Origin: a virus
Virus record (IMG/VR): IMGVR_UViG_3300010354_012181
Location: 8,450 to 72,449 of that record
Reading direction: 5' to 3' (one strand)
Length of the DNA stretch: 64,000 bases
The position numbers and the translations under genes were made by a program. Positions within the stretch are counted from its first letter, which is position 1; each line of letters begins with the position of its first letter. A model generated the notes under the pieces. It was not told the DNA's origin, did not search any database, and saw only the letters and a program-made list of their open reading frames with translations. Of this stretch, positions 35,953 through 44,816 are shown one piece after another.

Positions 35953-36137
35953 AAATTCTCTTTAGTTTGATATGAAATGACTATTAACCAATCTATAAGA
36001 TCAGTTTCATCTTCGTCCGGCACGCCCTTAATTCCGTCATAAGAAATAAGAACTTTACACCTAGGTCGAGCGGCATCATCCGGTGCTACTGGACCAGTTT
36101 TCCAAATTCTTGGTTTCATTTTTACTGTTTCTGACAT
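35949..36137 (-). CDS. Small hypothetical protein
   Basis: First gene of the minus-strand operon; ATGA overlap with the next gene. Confidence 0.55.
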   Translation of the reverse strand: MSETVKMKPRIWKTGPVAPDDAARPRCKVLISYDGIKGVPDEDETDLIDWLIVISYQTKENL

Positions 36138-36189
36138 ATGTTTTACTTATTATTTGACACTATAACTAGTAATTATTTTGGAAAAGATG

Positions 36190-36218
36190 TTGATTCTTTT
36201 AAAAAAATTGTATATAAT
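36190..36218 (+). promoter_or_regulatory. sigma70-type promoter
   Basis: TTGATT-17 nt-TATAAT; predicted start ~36225. Confidence 0.65.
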
Positions 36219-36224
36219 TAGAAT

Positions 36225-36334
36225 GTGGTCGTGAGTGGAACAGGCAGACCTCCGGTCCGTTGCGAAACGCACTTGGGAATGGGGCGCCGTCTTAGACACA
36301 GCCTTTGTAGGTTCGAATCCTACCGACCACACCA
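36225..36334 (+). ncRNA. tRNA-like RNA with Leu-like acceptor/D/T arms and a remodelled anticodon domain
   Basis: GTGGTCG/CGACCAC-A-CCA; GTAGG-TTCGAAT-CCTAC; no canonical 7-nt anticodon loop. Confidence 0.75.
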
Positions 36335-36377
36335 GATTCTATTATAAGTAGAATACTACTAACTAAAAGGAAACATT

Positions 36378-36572
36378 ATGTCAAACACAGTAGAACAACT
36401 AAAAGCAGCATTTGAAGCTTTCTTGGCCGAAGATGCAAAATTTGCCGCTGGTAACAATGCCGCTGGTACTCGTGCCCGCAAAGCCCTACAAGAAGTAGGT
36501 AAGGCAGTCAAGGCTCGTAGAAACGAAATCACTGCTGAGAAAAACGCTCGCAAGGAAGCCAAGGCCAAGTGA
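36378..36572 (+). CDS. Histone H1-like (Hc1-type) small basic protein
   Basis: KFAAGNNAAGTRARKAL motif; AAGGA RBS. Confidence 0.75.
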   Translation: MSNTVEQLKAAFEAFLAEDAKFAAGNNAAGTRARKALQEVGKAVKARRNEITAEKNARKEAKAK

Positions 36573-36573
36573 G

Positions 36574-37122
36574 ATGGATCTTGATGCATTCTCCAGCGGT
36601 CAAATAGTCAGCAAACTTTGGCTGGCCAAGGAATTAGAACCTATCGCTGGAGAACATGCTAACCCCGCAAAGATAGTCTTAGTGGGCGGTTGGTACGGCA
36701 TTCTTAATTTGTTATTAAGAACAAGATCCAATATGTCAATCGAATCTGTAAGAAGCGTAGATATCGATAAAGATGCCTGCTCCTTAGCAGATAAGATAAA
36801 TGACACGTGGGTGTGGCAGAATTGGAAATTTAAAGCCATAGTCGCAGATGCTAATGAGTATGATTATGCTGATAGCAATCTCGTTATCAATACCAGCGTA
36901 GAACACATAGATACTCATCAGTGGTTCGATAATATACCCGTAGGTTGCTTGGTAGTACTGCAGAGCAATGATATGAACCATGAAGATCACTGCAACAATC
37001 ATGAATCTCTTGAAAAATTCTTAGAGGATTTTCCTCTTACAAAAATTTTATATTCCGGATCTAAGCACTTTGAATATCCCAACTGGGGTTTCAATAGATT
37101 CATGATAATAGGTTTGAAATAA
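36574..37122 (+). CDS. SAM-dependent methyltransferase-like protein
   Basis: LVGGWYG, SVDID, VINTSVEH. Confidence 0.7.
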   Translation: MDLDAFSSGQIVSKLWLAKELEPIAGEHANPAKIVLVGGWYGILNLLLRTRSNMSIESVRSVDIDKDACSLADKINDTWVWQNWKFKAIVADANEYDYADSNLVINTSVEHIDTHQWFDNIPVGCLVVLQSNDMNHEDHCNNHESLEKFLEDFPLTKILYSGSKHFEYPNWGFNRFMIIGLK

Positions 37123-37132
37123 AGGATAGACT

Positions 37133-37612
37133 ATGAATAAAAAAGATATAGAAACATACGACGATGTTGTTATTGATCTAGGAGATTACGGTGCTGCTCA
37201 GCCAGCTATAGAAACTATCAGTATAAGCGGTTTAGATACTATTACTTTAAATAGTTCAATGTATGATACAGGATCATTAACCAGTTCTTCAGTTATATCA
37301 TTCCCAAGCACGTATACTACTAATTCGACCGGTATATCTTATACAAATACCCCTACCTATACTTTTAACTCTACATTTTCAGATCCAATAGTTAACATAG
37401 ATTCGGATGGGGTGAATATAAAAGAAGGCGGAGATCTCAAGATTGGCAACACTAGTCTTAAAGAATTTATAACAAAGATGGAGCAGAGATTGGCTATTCT
37501 AGTGCCGGATCCTGCTAAATTAGAAAAGTTTGAAGCATTGAAAAAAGCCTACGAACACTATAAGACAATGGAAAAACTTTGCTTCGATGAACCGGATAAA
37601 GAGGAAAATTGA
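37133..37612 (+). CDS. Hypothetical phage protein
   Basis: Ser/Thr-rich middle; C-terminal ALKKAYEHYK. Confidence 0.7.
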   Translation: MNKKDIETYDDVVIDLGDYGAAQPAIETISISGLDTITLNSSMYDTGSLTSSSVISFPSTYTTNSTGISYTNTPTYTFNSTFSDPIVNIDSDGVNIKEGGDLKIGNTSLKEFITKMEQRLAILVPDPAKLEKFEALKKAYEHYKTMEKLCFDEPDKEEN

Positions 37613-38280
37613 TGAATGTACGTTTGGTATCCTATTCCCAACCCACAATGGAATTCGCTGATCTTGGCATCTCAGATGCGCAGGAACTCATCGCGTATTG
37701 CGCCCGTGTCAGCAATCCATCCAACCAATTTAATACAGAGACATCAGAGAAGCTTATTCGATATCTTGTTAAACACGCACATTGGAGCCCCCTTGAAATG
37801 GTTTCAGCCTGTGTTGAAATCACAACCACAAGAGACATCGCAAGACAGATCCTCAGACACAGAAGTTTTAGTTTCCAAGAGTTCAGTCAGCGATATGCTG
37901 ACCCTACTAAAGATCTCTCGTTCGTATTGCGAGAAGCACGACTTCAAGACCCAAAGAACAGACAGAACAGCGTCGAAACGGATGATGAACGCCTACAGAG
38001 AGATTGGGAACGACAACAACAGCAGGTCATCGACTACGCTCGCAGTGCCTACGAATGGGCTATCGCTAAAGGCATAGCCAAAGAACAAGCTCGTGCTGTG
38101 TTGCCCGAAGGGTTGATCGAAAGCAAACTTTACATGAACGGCACACTTCGTTCTTGGATACACTTTATCGAACTACGTTCGGGTAACGGTACACAAAAAG
38201 AACATCAATTAGTAGCACTGGCCTGTGCCCAAGCCATTGCCGCTATTTTTCCAATGGGTCAAACATTGACCCAAAATTAA
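37612..38280 (+). CDS. thyX: Flavin-dependent thymidylate synthase
   Basis: HWSPLEM, RQILRHRSFSFQEFSQRY, EQARAVLP, TQKEH. Confidence 0.95.
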   Translation: MNVRLVSYSQPTMEFADLGISDAQELIAYCARVSNPSNQFNTETSEKLIRYLVKHAHWSPLEMVSACVEITTTRDIARQILRHRSFSFQEFSQRYADPTKDLSFVLREARLQDPKNRQNSVETDDERLQRDWERQQQQVIDYARSAYEWAIAKGIAKEQARAVLPEGLIESKLYMNGTLRSWIHFIELRSGNGTQKEHQLVALACAQAIAAIFPMGQTLTQN

Positions 38281-38286
38281 TGGATC

Positions 38287-38315
38287 TTGACAGGTTTTTA
38301 GAAATCTAGTATAAT
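38287..38315 (+). promoter_or_regulatory. sigma70-type promoter
   Basis: TTGACA-17 nt-TATAAT. Confidence 0.85.
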
Positions 38316-38342
38316 TAAAGTGTTCAACAGAAAGAATATTAT

Positions 38343-39167
38343 ATGAGAAATTATTGGACCTGTTCAAAATTCGCCGATTGGATTCGCGGCACCACTAAGC
38401 TGAAGTGCGGCACTAGCGAAGAATGGGCGGAGTGGGAAACTCGTGCTAAAAAAGCATATCCTATTCGCTGGTGGCTGGCCGAAGAAGGATTAGATAAGTT
38501 ACAAGACATCTGGTGTTTCATTCCGGAGAAAATAAATGATGTACGCTATTATATCAACAATCGTTGGGTTACTCGTACTCATAGTCTTACTGCTCACAGT
38601 CGTGATATTAAACCTGGTGTATGGTGTGATGTGGGTAATCGCTTTCTGCCATGTCTCTTTAATGAACTTGTGGATTTTGTTGAGGTCGAACAAGCATGGC
38701 ACCATGTAATGTGGGACGACAAAGCACGTAAAAAGTATCGTACACCCTTCAGCAGAACATTTTTCCGTTTTCGCACCTGGCGCTGTCCTGAAGCCGGCAT
38801 CGACTACCTCAAGTGGGCGATGACTTTGACCAACAAAGAATTCATCGAAGAAGGCGAACAGGAAGAACCCACATATCAAGCCAAAGCCGCTAAAGAAATA
38901 TTAGAACTTTACACTTGGTGGAAGGAAGTCTATCCTAATCGTCCAGAGCCTATGGATGCCAGCGGTTGGAGTGCGTATTGCGAGGCCTGCCGAGAAGAAC
39001 ACGGCGGCAGTCTTTGGGCTAGTTTGAGAGATCCTAAGAACAAAGAACTTAAAAAGCAAGGTGAGAAAGCACACAAACTTCTTCAAAAAATCGAAGCAGA
39101 GTATAACAAAGAAGACGAAACAATGATGATCCGTCTTATCAAAATACGTGAAAGCCTATGGACCTAG
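38343..39167 (+). CDS. Hypothetical phage protein (Trp-rich)
   Basis: 274-aa ORF downstream of the promoter. Confidence 0.75.
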   Translation: MRNYWTCSKFADWIRGTTKLKCGTSEEWAEWETRAKKAYPIRWWLAEEGLDKLQDIWCFIPEKINDVRYYINNRWVTRTHSLTAHSRDIKPGVWCDVGNRFLPCLFNELVDFVEVEQAWHHVMWDDKARKKYRTPFSRTFFRFRTWRCPEAGIDYLKWAMTLTNKEFIEEGEQEEPTYQAKAAKEILELYTWWKEVYPNRPEPMDASGWSAYCEACREEHGGSLWASLRDPKNKELKKQGEKAHKLLQKIEAEYNKEDETMMIRLIKIRESLWT

Positions 39168-39168
39168 C

Positions 39169-39357
39169 ATGAAAACATCTGCGTTTAGAACTTGGGTTAG
39201 AGAATTATGGTATGATAACTGTGAAGAGCACGTTGAAGCAAGATTACCTAAGTACACGCATGAAGAATATTTCCAAAAATTTAAATGGTGGTTAAAAAGG
39301 GAATACAAACATAAGAGAGAGCAAGATGCTAGAAAACAAAGAAGAAGAACTATATAA
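39169..39357 (+). CDS. Small hypothetical protein
   Basis: ATG 1 nt after the previous stop. Confidence 0.65.
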   Translation: MKTSAFRTWVRELWYDNCEEHVEARLPKYTHEEYFQKFKWWLKREYKHKREQDARKQRRRTI

Positions 39358-39547
39358 CAAATATATGGCATTCAATCAAGTAATGCTAGAAGAGTATGAC
39401 CCTATAGAAATAGCAGCCATAATGATCGTACAAGGTTTAACTTTTTACAGAACTGTTATGACTGAAGAAGATTATCAAAAAATTGTTGATAGTATCTATA
39501 ACAACAAAGACAATATAATGACCTTCACAGGACCAAATCTACAATGA
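39326..39547 (+). CDS. Small hypothetical protein
   Basis: Operon context. Confidence 0.65.
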   Translation: MLENKEEELYNKYMAFNQVMLEEYDPIEIAAIMIVQGLTFYRTVMTEEDYQKIVDSIYNNKDNIMTFTGPNLQ

Positions 39548-39873
39548 AACCACAGACACCAGCAGAAGGCATTATGAAAACCGGCGATTGGGGCACTGCT
39601 AAATCTTACAAAGTTGTCTGCGATTGTGGCGATCCCGATCACGAACACAAGGTTTGGGTTGAAGCCGAAGAAATAGGTATAAATGTTACCATCTACACAA
39701 CTGTTAAATCTCCTTTTTGGTCTATTAATCGATTCAAACAAATTTGGCAAATATTGACAAAAGGCCATTTACAGACAGAAACTGTAATTTTAATGAATGA
39801 ACAAGAAGCATTGAACTACGCCGAGACTCTAAAATCCGCAATTCAAGATGTCAAAGATTTCAAAAAGCTCTGA
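39544..39873 (+). CDS. Hypothetical protein (CxC..H motif)
   Basis: ATGA overlap. Confidence 0.7.
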   Translation: MKPQTPAEGIMKTGDWGTAKSYKVVCDCGDPDHEHKVWVEAEEIGINVTIYTTVKSPFWSINRFKQIWQILTKGHLQTETVILMNEQEALNYAETLKSAIQDVKDFKKL

Positions 39874-40399
39874 ACGACATACCTTCCAAAAAGAAGGTTA
39901 TGTCCGGCGCCAGGCAGAAAAGGGCGAATCAGTCAACGAAGATTATTTAGATTGGTTTGAAAAAGTTCTAGAAGAACACAATCACAAGTTCGACGATCCA
40001 CAAAGCCGTATTAACAATATGGAGTACGATCTCCTAACCACTGATTGGATTTTGGAGAAAGTTCGAGCCAGCGAATCCTATGCCCAAAATTTGTATGCGG
40101 CTATGTGCAATAATGGGTTTATTAAATTGGAAGTCATTCCTGTACTCAAGGGTGAGGAATGGGGTTGCTCTTGGAGATATGCTGGAGGCATAATCGCAGA
40201 TATGCAGCAAGAAGGTGACTATATAGATTGGTATTGTTCTGGAATAGCAGGTGGCGATGAACCCGATGTATATAATGAAGCATACGATTTAAAACGGAAA
40301 AATTATGTGCCGGAAGGCCGCATAACCGACGAGATCCGGAATGATCTCCAGCGTCTTGGCTGGGCAGTGGCGCCCGGTGGAGATTGGGAAAAATTTTAA
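39848..40399 (+). CDS. Hypothetical phage protein
   Basis: YAQNLYAAMCNN...SWRYAGG...DYIDWYCSG. Confidence 0.75.
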   Translation: MSKISKSSERHTFQKEGYVRRQAEKGESVNEDYLDWFEKVLEEHNHKFDDPQSRINNMEYDLLTTDWILEKVRASESYAQNLYAAMCNNGFIKLEVIPVLKGEEWGCSWRYAGGIIADMQQEGDYIDWYCSGIAGGDEPDVYNEAYDLKRKNYVPEGRITDEIRNDLQRLGWAVAPGGDWEKF

Positions 40400-40422
40400 C
40401 TTAAAGGAGAATATTTTCTAAA

Positions 40423-40614
40423 ATGACCTGGGAACTATATGAGGTCTGGTCCGAATTTGACGGACACGAAGAATTGGTTGAAACTACCAAGAGTAAAAAA
40501 GAAGCATTGGCACTAGCCAAAAAAACTATTAATGAAGGTGCAGATCAAGTTTGGATCTGCAGAGAAACCGGGGACGGCGACTACGAAGAAATCGAACGGT
40601 TGACTGCTGACTAG
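40423..40614 (+). CDS. Small hypothetical protein
   Basis: AGGAG RBS. Confidence 0.7.
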   Translation: MTWELYEVWSEFDGHEELVETTKSKKEALALAKKTINEGADQVWICRETGDGDYEEIERLTAD

Positions 40615-40628
40615 AATGATGTTATAAT
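40600..40628 (+). promoter_or_regulatory. sigma70-type promoter
   Basis: TTGACT-17 nt-TATAAT with TG. Confidence 0.75.
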
Positions 40629-40658
40629 ATATATTAAACAACATTAGGAGTGATATCT

Positions 40659-41846
40659 ATGCCCAAATTGGCTACTAAAACTCGTATTACTAAAAAGCAC
40701 GTAGCAGATCATCGCGCCAAATCTAATAGAGATATGAGTCCTCGGTGGGACGGTTCAGAGGAATGGAGTGGAGAAAAATTCACAGCCCATTTTAGAACCG
40801 CTATGGAATATTATAGGCTAGAGTATTCTGCTAAAGATCTTAAGCCTAAGGTCATCGAATGGATGAAAACACAAGGATGGAATCCCGATTCTATTTTGGC
40901 TTTTAAAAAGACCAAAGATAATCGCTGTTCTGGAACTATGGGAGGATTGGCTGCTTGTATGCTTCGCGGTATGCCTGAAATACATCAAGGTTTTAATAAC
41001 GGAAGAGATTCTGCAAAATGGTTAGAAGATGCTATTAATCAAGTTATCAGCGAAGGCATAGATGATTACGAATTAGAAGAAAAATCTGGTGAACAGCCAT
41101 CGGTTCCTGTAATGTCAATTCAGGACAGAGTTAAAGAAGCCACCTTTACTATGACTGAGGAGATTGAAGATGCTATTGAGTCGTTCAGTGCCGATCCTGA
41201 AGCATTTGATCCTAAGGCATTTAAAATGCTCAATCTCCTAAAAGGAAAACAAGCCAAGGCGGCTCACGCTCGTATTATTCGAGATTACTATCAACCGCAG
41301 TATGACGAATATATGGAATTACAACAGGGTAGTTGCGATCAACTTAAAGAAGCATACAGTCATCTTAGCAAGGCGCAGATTAAAAAGATCGTTACTTTTT
41401 ACAGCGAGATCCTTTCAGCCTGCGATATGCTTATGCAGGAGGCCAAGGTCAATCGTAAGCCACGTGCTAAAAAATCAAAACCAGTAGAAAAAATCGTAGA
41501 AAAGCTCAAATACCTTAAACAGGATGCAGGACTAAAACTGGTTTCTATTAACCCTGTGGATATTGTTGGCTGCAAAGAACTTTGGATTTTTAACACCAAA
41601 ACTCGTAAACTAGGAAAATACGTGGCAGGTGAGTTCTCAGATCTAGGAGTGAAAGGTACCAGTATCACTGGATTTGACGAGTTTAAATCAGTGCAAAAAA
41701 CACTGAGAAAACCCGAAGATCAACTTAAAGAATTTAAAAATTCAGGAAAAGTGGCCCTAAGAAAATTCTTAGAAGATATCAAAGCCGTTGACATCAAACT
41801 TAACGGTCGTATCAACGAAGATACTATTCTGCTAAAAACGCTGTAA
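40659..41846 (+). CDS. Conserved hypothetical protein of large phages
   Basis: AGGAG RBS; C-terminal VKGTSITGFD..KTLRKP..NGRINE. Confidence 0.75.
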   Translation: MPKLATKTRITKKHVADHRAKSNRDMSPRWDGSEEWSGEKFTAHFRTAMEYYRLEYSAKDLKPKVIEWMKTQGWNPDSILAFKKTKDNRCSGTMGGLAACMLRGMPEIHQGFNNGRDSAKWLEDAINQVISEGIDDYELEEKSGEQPSVPVMSIQDRVKEATFTMTEEIEDAIESFSADPEAFDPKAFKMLNLLKGKQAKAAHARIIRDYYQPQYDEYMELQQGSCDQLKEAYSHLSKAQIKKIVTFYSEILSACDMLMQEAKVNRKPRAKKSKPVEKIVEKLKYLKQDAGLKLVSINPVDIVGCKELWIFNTKTRKLGKYVAGEFSDLGVKGTSITGFDEFKSVQKTLRKPEDQLKEFKNSGKVALRKFLEDIKAVDIKLNGRINEDTILLKTL

Positions 41847-41876
41847 AGATTGTGCTAGAGTTTGATAAATACTGGT

Positions 41877-42752
41877 ATGAACAATACCAATCTCGATCAA
41901 ACTCTAGCAGATCTTAATAAAATAATCAAAGATCTCGCCGAAGCAGCACATCAGCCTGTAGCCCAAGAAGTTACACAATTCTTAGAATTTCGCGCCAAAA
42001 AAGGCGAAAATAATTGGGGTAAAGGTGTAATATGGACCGGGGAAGGTTATACTAGACAATTGGTATTCAACGGTTCTCCCGATAGAATATTCTCGTCAGA
42101 ATCATTAGATCTAGATAGAAATAAATCTTACAGTATAGGAGGCGTCAAAGTTCTAGATGAAAAAGAACTTGGGCCTAATATTGTTAAAAGTAATCTACAG
42201 CAGGTAGGTAGATTAAAAGGATTAATAGTTGACGGATCAGTAAGTATCAATCAATACTTGATCTATAATGCTGCCACTGATAGATTAGGTATTGGTACAG
42301 AAGCGCCTAATGCAGCCTTTTCTGTAGCAGAAAATGCTATTGAAGTTATGTTAGGCACGAACGACGACTTCCACGGAATGGTGGGCACTTATGCTTCTAC
42401 AGACTTTGATATTGTTACAGATAATACTGCAAGAATTAGTATTGCTGCCAATGGCAATATACTTTTAGGTAATTTTAATAGGAATCCTATACAGGTTTCC
42501 ATCAATGGAAAACTAAGCGTAGGTGTTAAAAATCCGGATCCCACAGTTGATCTTCATGTTGCTGGTTCAGTGCGTTTTGCTAACCATTTGCAAACATATG
42601 GATCAGAACCTCCTAAAGAAGGCACTCATGCTGTCGGAGACATAGTTTGGAATTCCGCTCCTAGAGTAGGCATCGGTATAGGTTGGGTATGCCTGAGAGC
42701 TGGTAGCCCGGGCGCTTGGTATCCATTCGGCGACATTAAAGAAAGAGGTTAA
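41877..42752 (+). CDS. Probable virion structural protein
   Basis: RLGIGTEAP, LHVAG, GDIVWNSAP..GWVC..G.PG.W fibre-type motifs; TAAATA upstream. Confidence 0.65.
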   Translation: MNNTNLDQTLADLNKIIKDLAEAAHQPVAQEVTQFLEFRAKKGENNWGKGVIWTGEGYTRQLVFNGSPDRIFSSESLDLDRNKSYSIGGVKVLDEKELGPNIVKSNLQQVGRLKGLIVDGSVSINQYLIYNAATDRLGIGTEAPNAAFSVAENAIEVMLGTNDDFHGMVGTYASTDFDIVTDNTARISIAANGNILLGNFNRNPIQVSINGKLSVGVKNPDPTVDLHVAGSVRFANHLQTYGSEPPKEGTHAVGDIVWNSAPRVGIGIGWVCLRAGSPGAWYPFGDIKERG

Positions 42753-42753
42753 T

Positions 42754-43392
42754 ATGCAGGCCCTAGTGATAGGGAACGGCGAAAGCCGACGCAATATCGA
42801 CATCGCCGATTTCAAAGATCATACTCTAATAGGCTGTAATGCCATACACAGAGATCTCATAGTTGATCATCTCATATGCTGTGATCAGCGTATGGCACGT
42901 GAGGCATTAGAAAATCCAAACATCAAACAAACTTCTGTCTACGTGAGAAACGACTGGTATCATTACTTTCGTAAAGTACAAAAGCATAAAAATATCAATA
43001 TAGTTCCAGAATTACCCTACAAAGGAGATAAAAGACATGATCAGCCAGTGCATTGGGGCAGCGGTTGCTATGCACTACTTTTGGCCGCAGTTTTAGAACA
43101 CAGACAGATTTCAATGATAGGATTTGATCTATATGCCAAAGAAAAATATGTTAATAATGTGTATAAAGACAGTCCCAACTATTCTAGATCTAATGCCAGT
43201 CCTGTAGATCCTTCTTATTGGATATATCAGATAGGTAAGGTTTTTGAATATTTTCCAGATATTGATTTTTTAATTTACAATTTTCAAAGTTGGAATATGC
43301 CGGAAGATTGGAAAAAAAATAATGTTCATTTAGTACCTATTGGTGTTGATTCTAAGTTAAATATATCTTATAATACTTCAACAGTGGACTAA
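42754..43392 (+). CDS. Nucleotide-sugar transferase-like (MAF/DUF115-like) protein
   Basis: VIGNGES, IGCNA, GSG..A, MIGFD pattern. Confidence 0.55.
   Translation: MQALVIGNGESRRNIDIADFKDHTLIGCNAIHRDLIVDHLICCDQRMAREALENPNIKQTSVYVRNDWYHYFRKVQKHKNINIVPELPYKGDKRHDQPVHWGSGCYALLLAAVLEHRQISMIGFDLYAKEKYVNNVYKDSPNYSRSNASPVDPSYWIYQIGKVFEYFPDIDFLIYNFQSWNMPEDWKKNNVHLVPIGVDSKLNISYNTSTVD
43346..43374 (+). promoter_or_regulatory. sigma70-type promoter for queD
   Basis: TTGATT-17 nt-TATAAT. Confidence 0.6.
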
Positions 43393-43445
43393 GACGTTCA
43401 TCCCACTTTAAATATTCTGCATGTCATCAAACTTGCTACTTTTAT
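43381..43445 (+). promoter_or_regulatory. Candidate pseudoknotted riboswitch-like 5' UTR of queD
   Basis: P1 AGTGG/CCACT; loop GACGT pairs with downstream ATGTC. Confidence 0.45.
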
Positions 43446-43459
43446 AAAGGAGAGAAGAG

Positions 43460-43963
43460 ATGGCAAATCAACCTATTACTTACAGATATGTAAGTACAAA
43501 AGAATATCATGATTCGTTCCCTTGTGCATATAGACAATGGCGAGCAGATAGTCATTGTAATCTGATACATGGATATTCATTTTCAATGAAATTTTACTTT
43601 GGAACTAACGACTTAGATGTTCGAAATTGGGCTGCTGACTATGGCGGTTTAAAAGAACTGAAAAAAATACTTGAAGATCAATTTGATCACACTCTGCTGG
43701 TAGCACAAGATGATCCTGAGATTAATACATTCAAGTTACTGCAAGAAAAAAAGATGGCTAAATTAACCATATTACCAAGACTAGGCTGCGAAGGATTGGC
43801 AGATATGTTATACAAGTATGTCAACGGTGTTTATATTCCCGATATGTGGGGTCCGGGTGAGGCTGCTAGACTCTGGTGCTACAGAGTGGAAGTCCGAGAA
43901 ACGCAGAGTAATATGGCATTCCGCGAAGGACATCGCGAATGGAATGAGGATCTGTTTAGTTAA
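43460..43963 (+). CDS. queD: 6-carboxytetrahydropterin synthase / PTPS family
   Basis: SHCNLIHGYS, DYGGLK, FDHTLL, GCEGLA, VEVRET. Confidence 0.85.
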   Translation: MANQPITYRYVSTKEYHDSFPCAYRQWRADSHCNLIHGYSFSMKFYFGTNDLDVRNWAADYGGLKELKKILEDQFDHTLLVAQDDPEINTFKLLQEKKMAKLTILPRLGCEGLADMLYKYVNGVYIPDMWGPGEAARLWCYRVEVRETQSNMAFREGHREWNEDLFS

Positions 43964-43974
43964 TTTGATTCGTA

Positions 43975-44799
43975 ATGAATTTTGATAGACAAGTTCTTAG
44001 AGAATTATTGAGCAAATCCGAGTGGAAACATTTCAAAGCCACCGGAGAATTGCCACCTAATTTTGTTTATCCTGAATCAGAAACTGTTACAGTGAATGCG
44101 ACAGATTTCGTCAATGTGCTGTGTGTTAGATTTGGCAACAAATATGGGGCTGATTATGTAGAAAAATTGCGTAATATGGTATCAAGGCACCTTACTGTAC
44201 CGTATGAGTTTTACTGTCTAACGGATGATCAACATCCCATAGATGGAGTTAAATCTATAATTCGTCCCAACCAAGGATATGTTAGAGGCTGGTGGCACAA
44301 AGTGCATATGTTTGATCCAAGTCTAGGTCTTAAAGGTAGGATTTTGTATTTTGATCTAGATGTTATCATACATGATAATATTAACAAATTAGCCATCGGA
44401 CACCAAAATAAATTCATGGGCATTAGGGATTTCAATAGAAAGTTCAATTCAGACTGGAACATGTTGAATAGTTCAGTGCTTAGTTGGCCGGCTGGATTAC
44501 ATACAGATATTTTTACAGTTTTCCAGACAGATCCAAAAAAGGCTCAGCGGATGCATGGGGACCAAGATTGGATCTGGCAAACAGCTAAATCTAGAATAAC
44601 ATTTTGGCCGGAAAGATGGATAATGAGTTATAAATGGGAAATCCGGGACCGTAGCGAAATCGCATACAGCGGAGCACGTAGACATTTTAAAACTGTGAAA
44701 GAAGTTAATATTCCTAGAGACTGTTCGGTATGTGTATTCCATGGCGATCCAAATCCTCATGATGTACAGGATCCTTATGTGCTTGACAACTGGCGTTAA
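43975..44799 (+). CDS. Glycosyltransferase (GT-A, family 8-like)
   Basis: WWHKVHMF, LYFDLD, NSS, GDQDWI, VFHGDPNP. Confidence 0.8.
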   Translation: MNFDRQVLRELLSKSEWKHFKATGELPPNFVYPESETVTVNATDFVNVLCVRFGNKYGADYVEKLRNMVSRHLTVPYEFYCLTDDQHPIDGVKSIIRPNQGYVRGWWHKVHMFDPSLGLKGRILYFDLDVIIHDNINKLAIGHQNKFMGIRDFNRKFNSDWNMLNSSVLSWPAGLHTDIFTVFQTDPKKAQRMHGDQDWIWQTAKSRITFWPERWIMSYKWEIRDRSEIAYSGARRHFKTVKEVNIPRDCSVCVFHGDPNPHDVQDPYVLDNWR

Positions 44800-44811
44800 C
44801 TGTGCTATAAT
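44783..44811 (+). promoter_or_regulatory. sigma70-type promoter (leaderless uvsE)
   Basis: TTGACA-17 nt-TATAAT with TG; ATG 5 nt downstream. Confidence 0.85.
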
Positions 44812-44816
44812 AAAGT

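Noticed and set aside
26773-43963. Complete 7-deazaguanine DNA modification pathway
   Set aside because: Only a QueC-like and a queD gene, 16 kb apart; no folE, queE or dpdA visible in this window.
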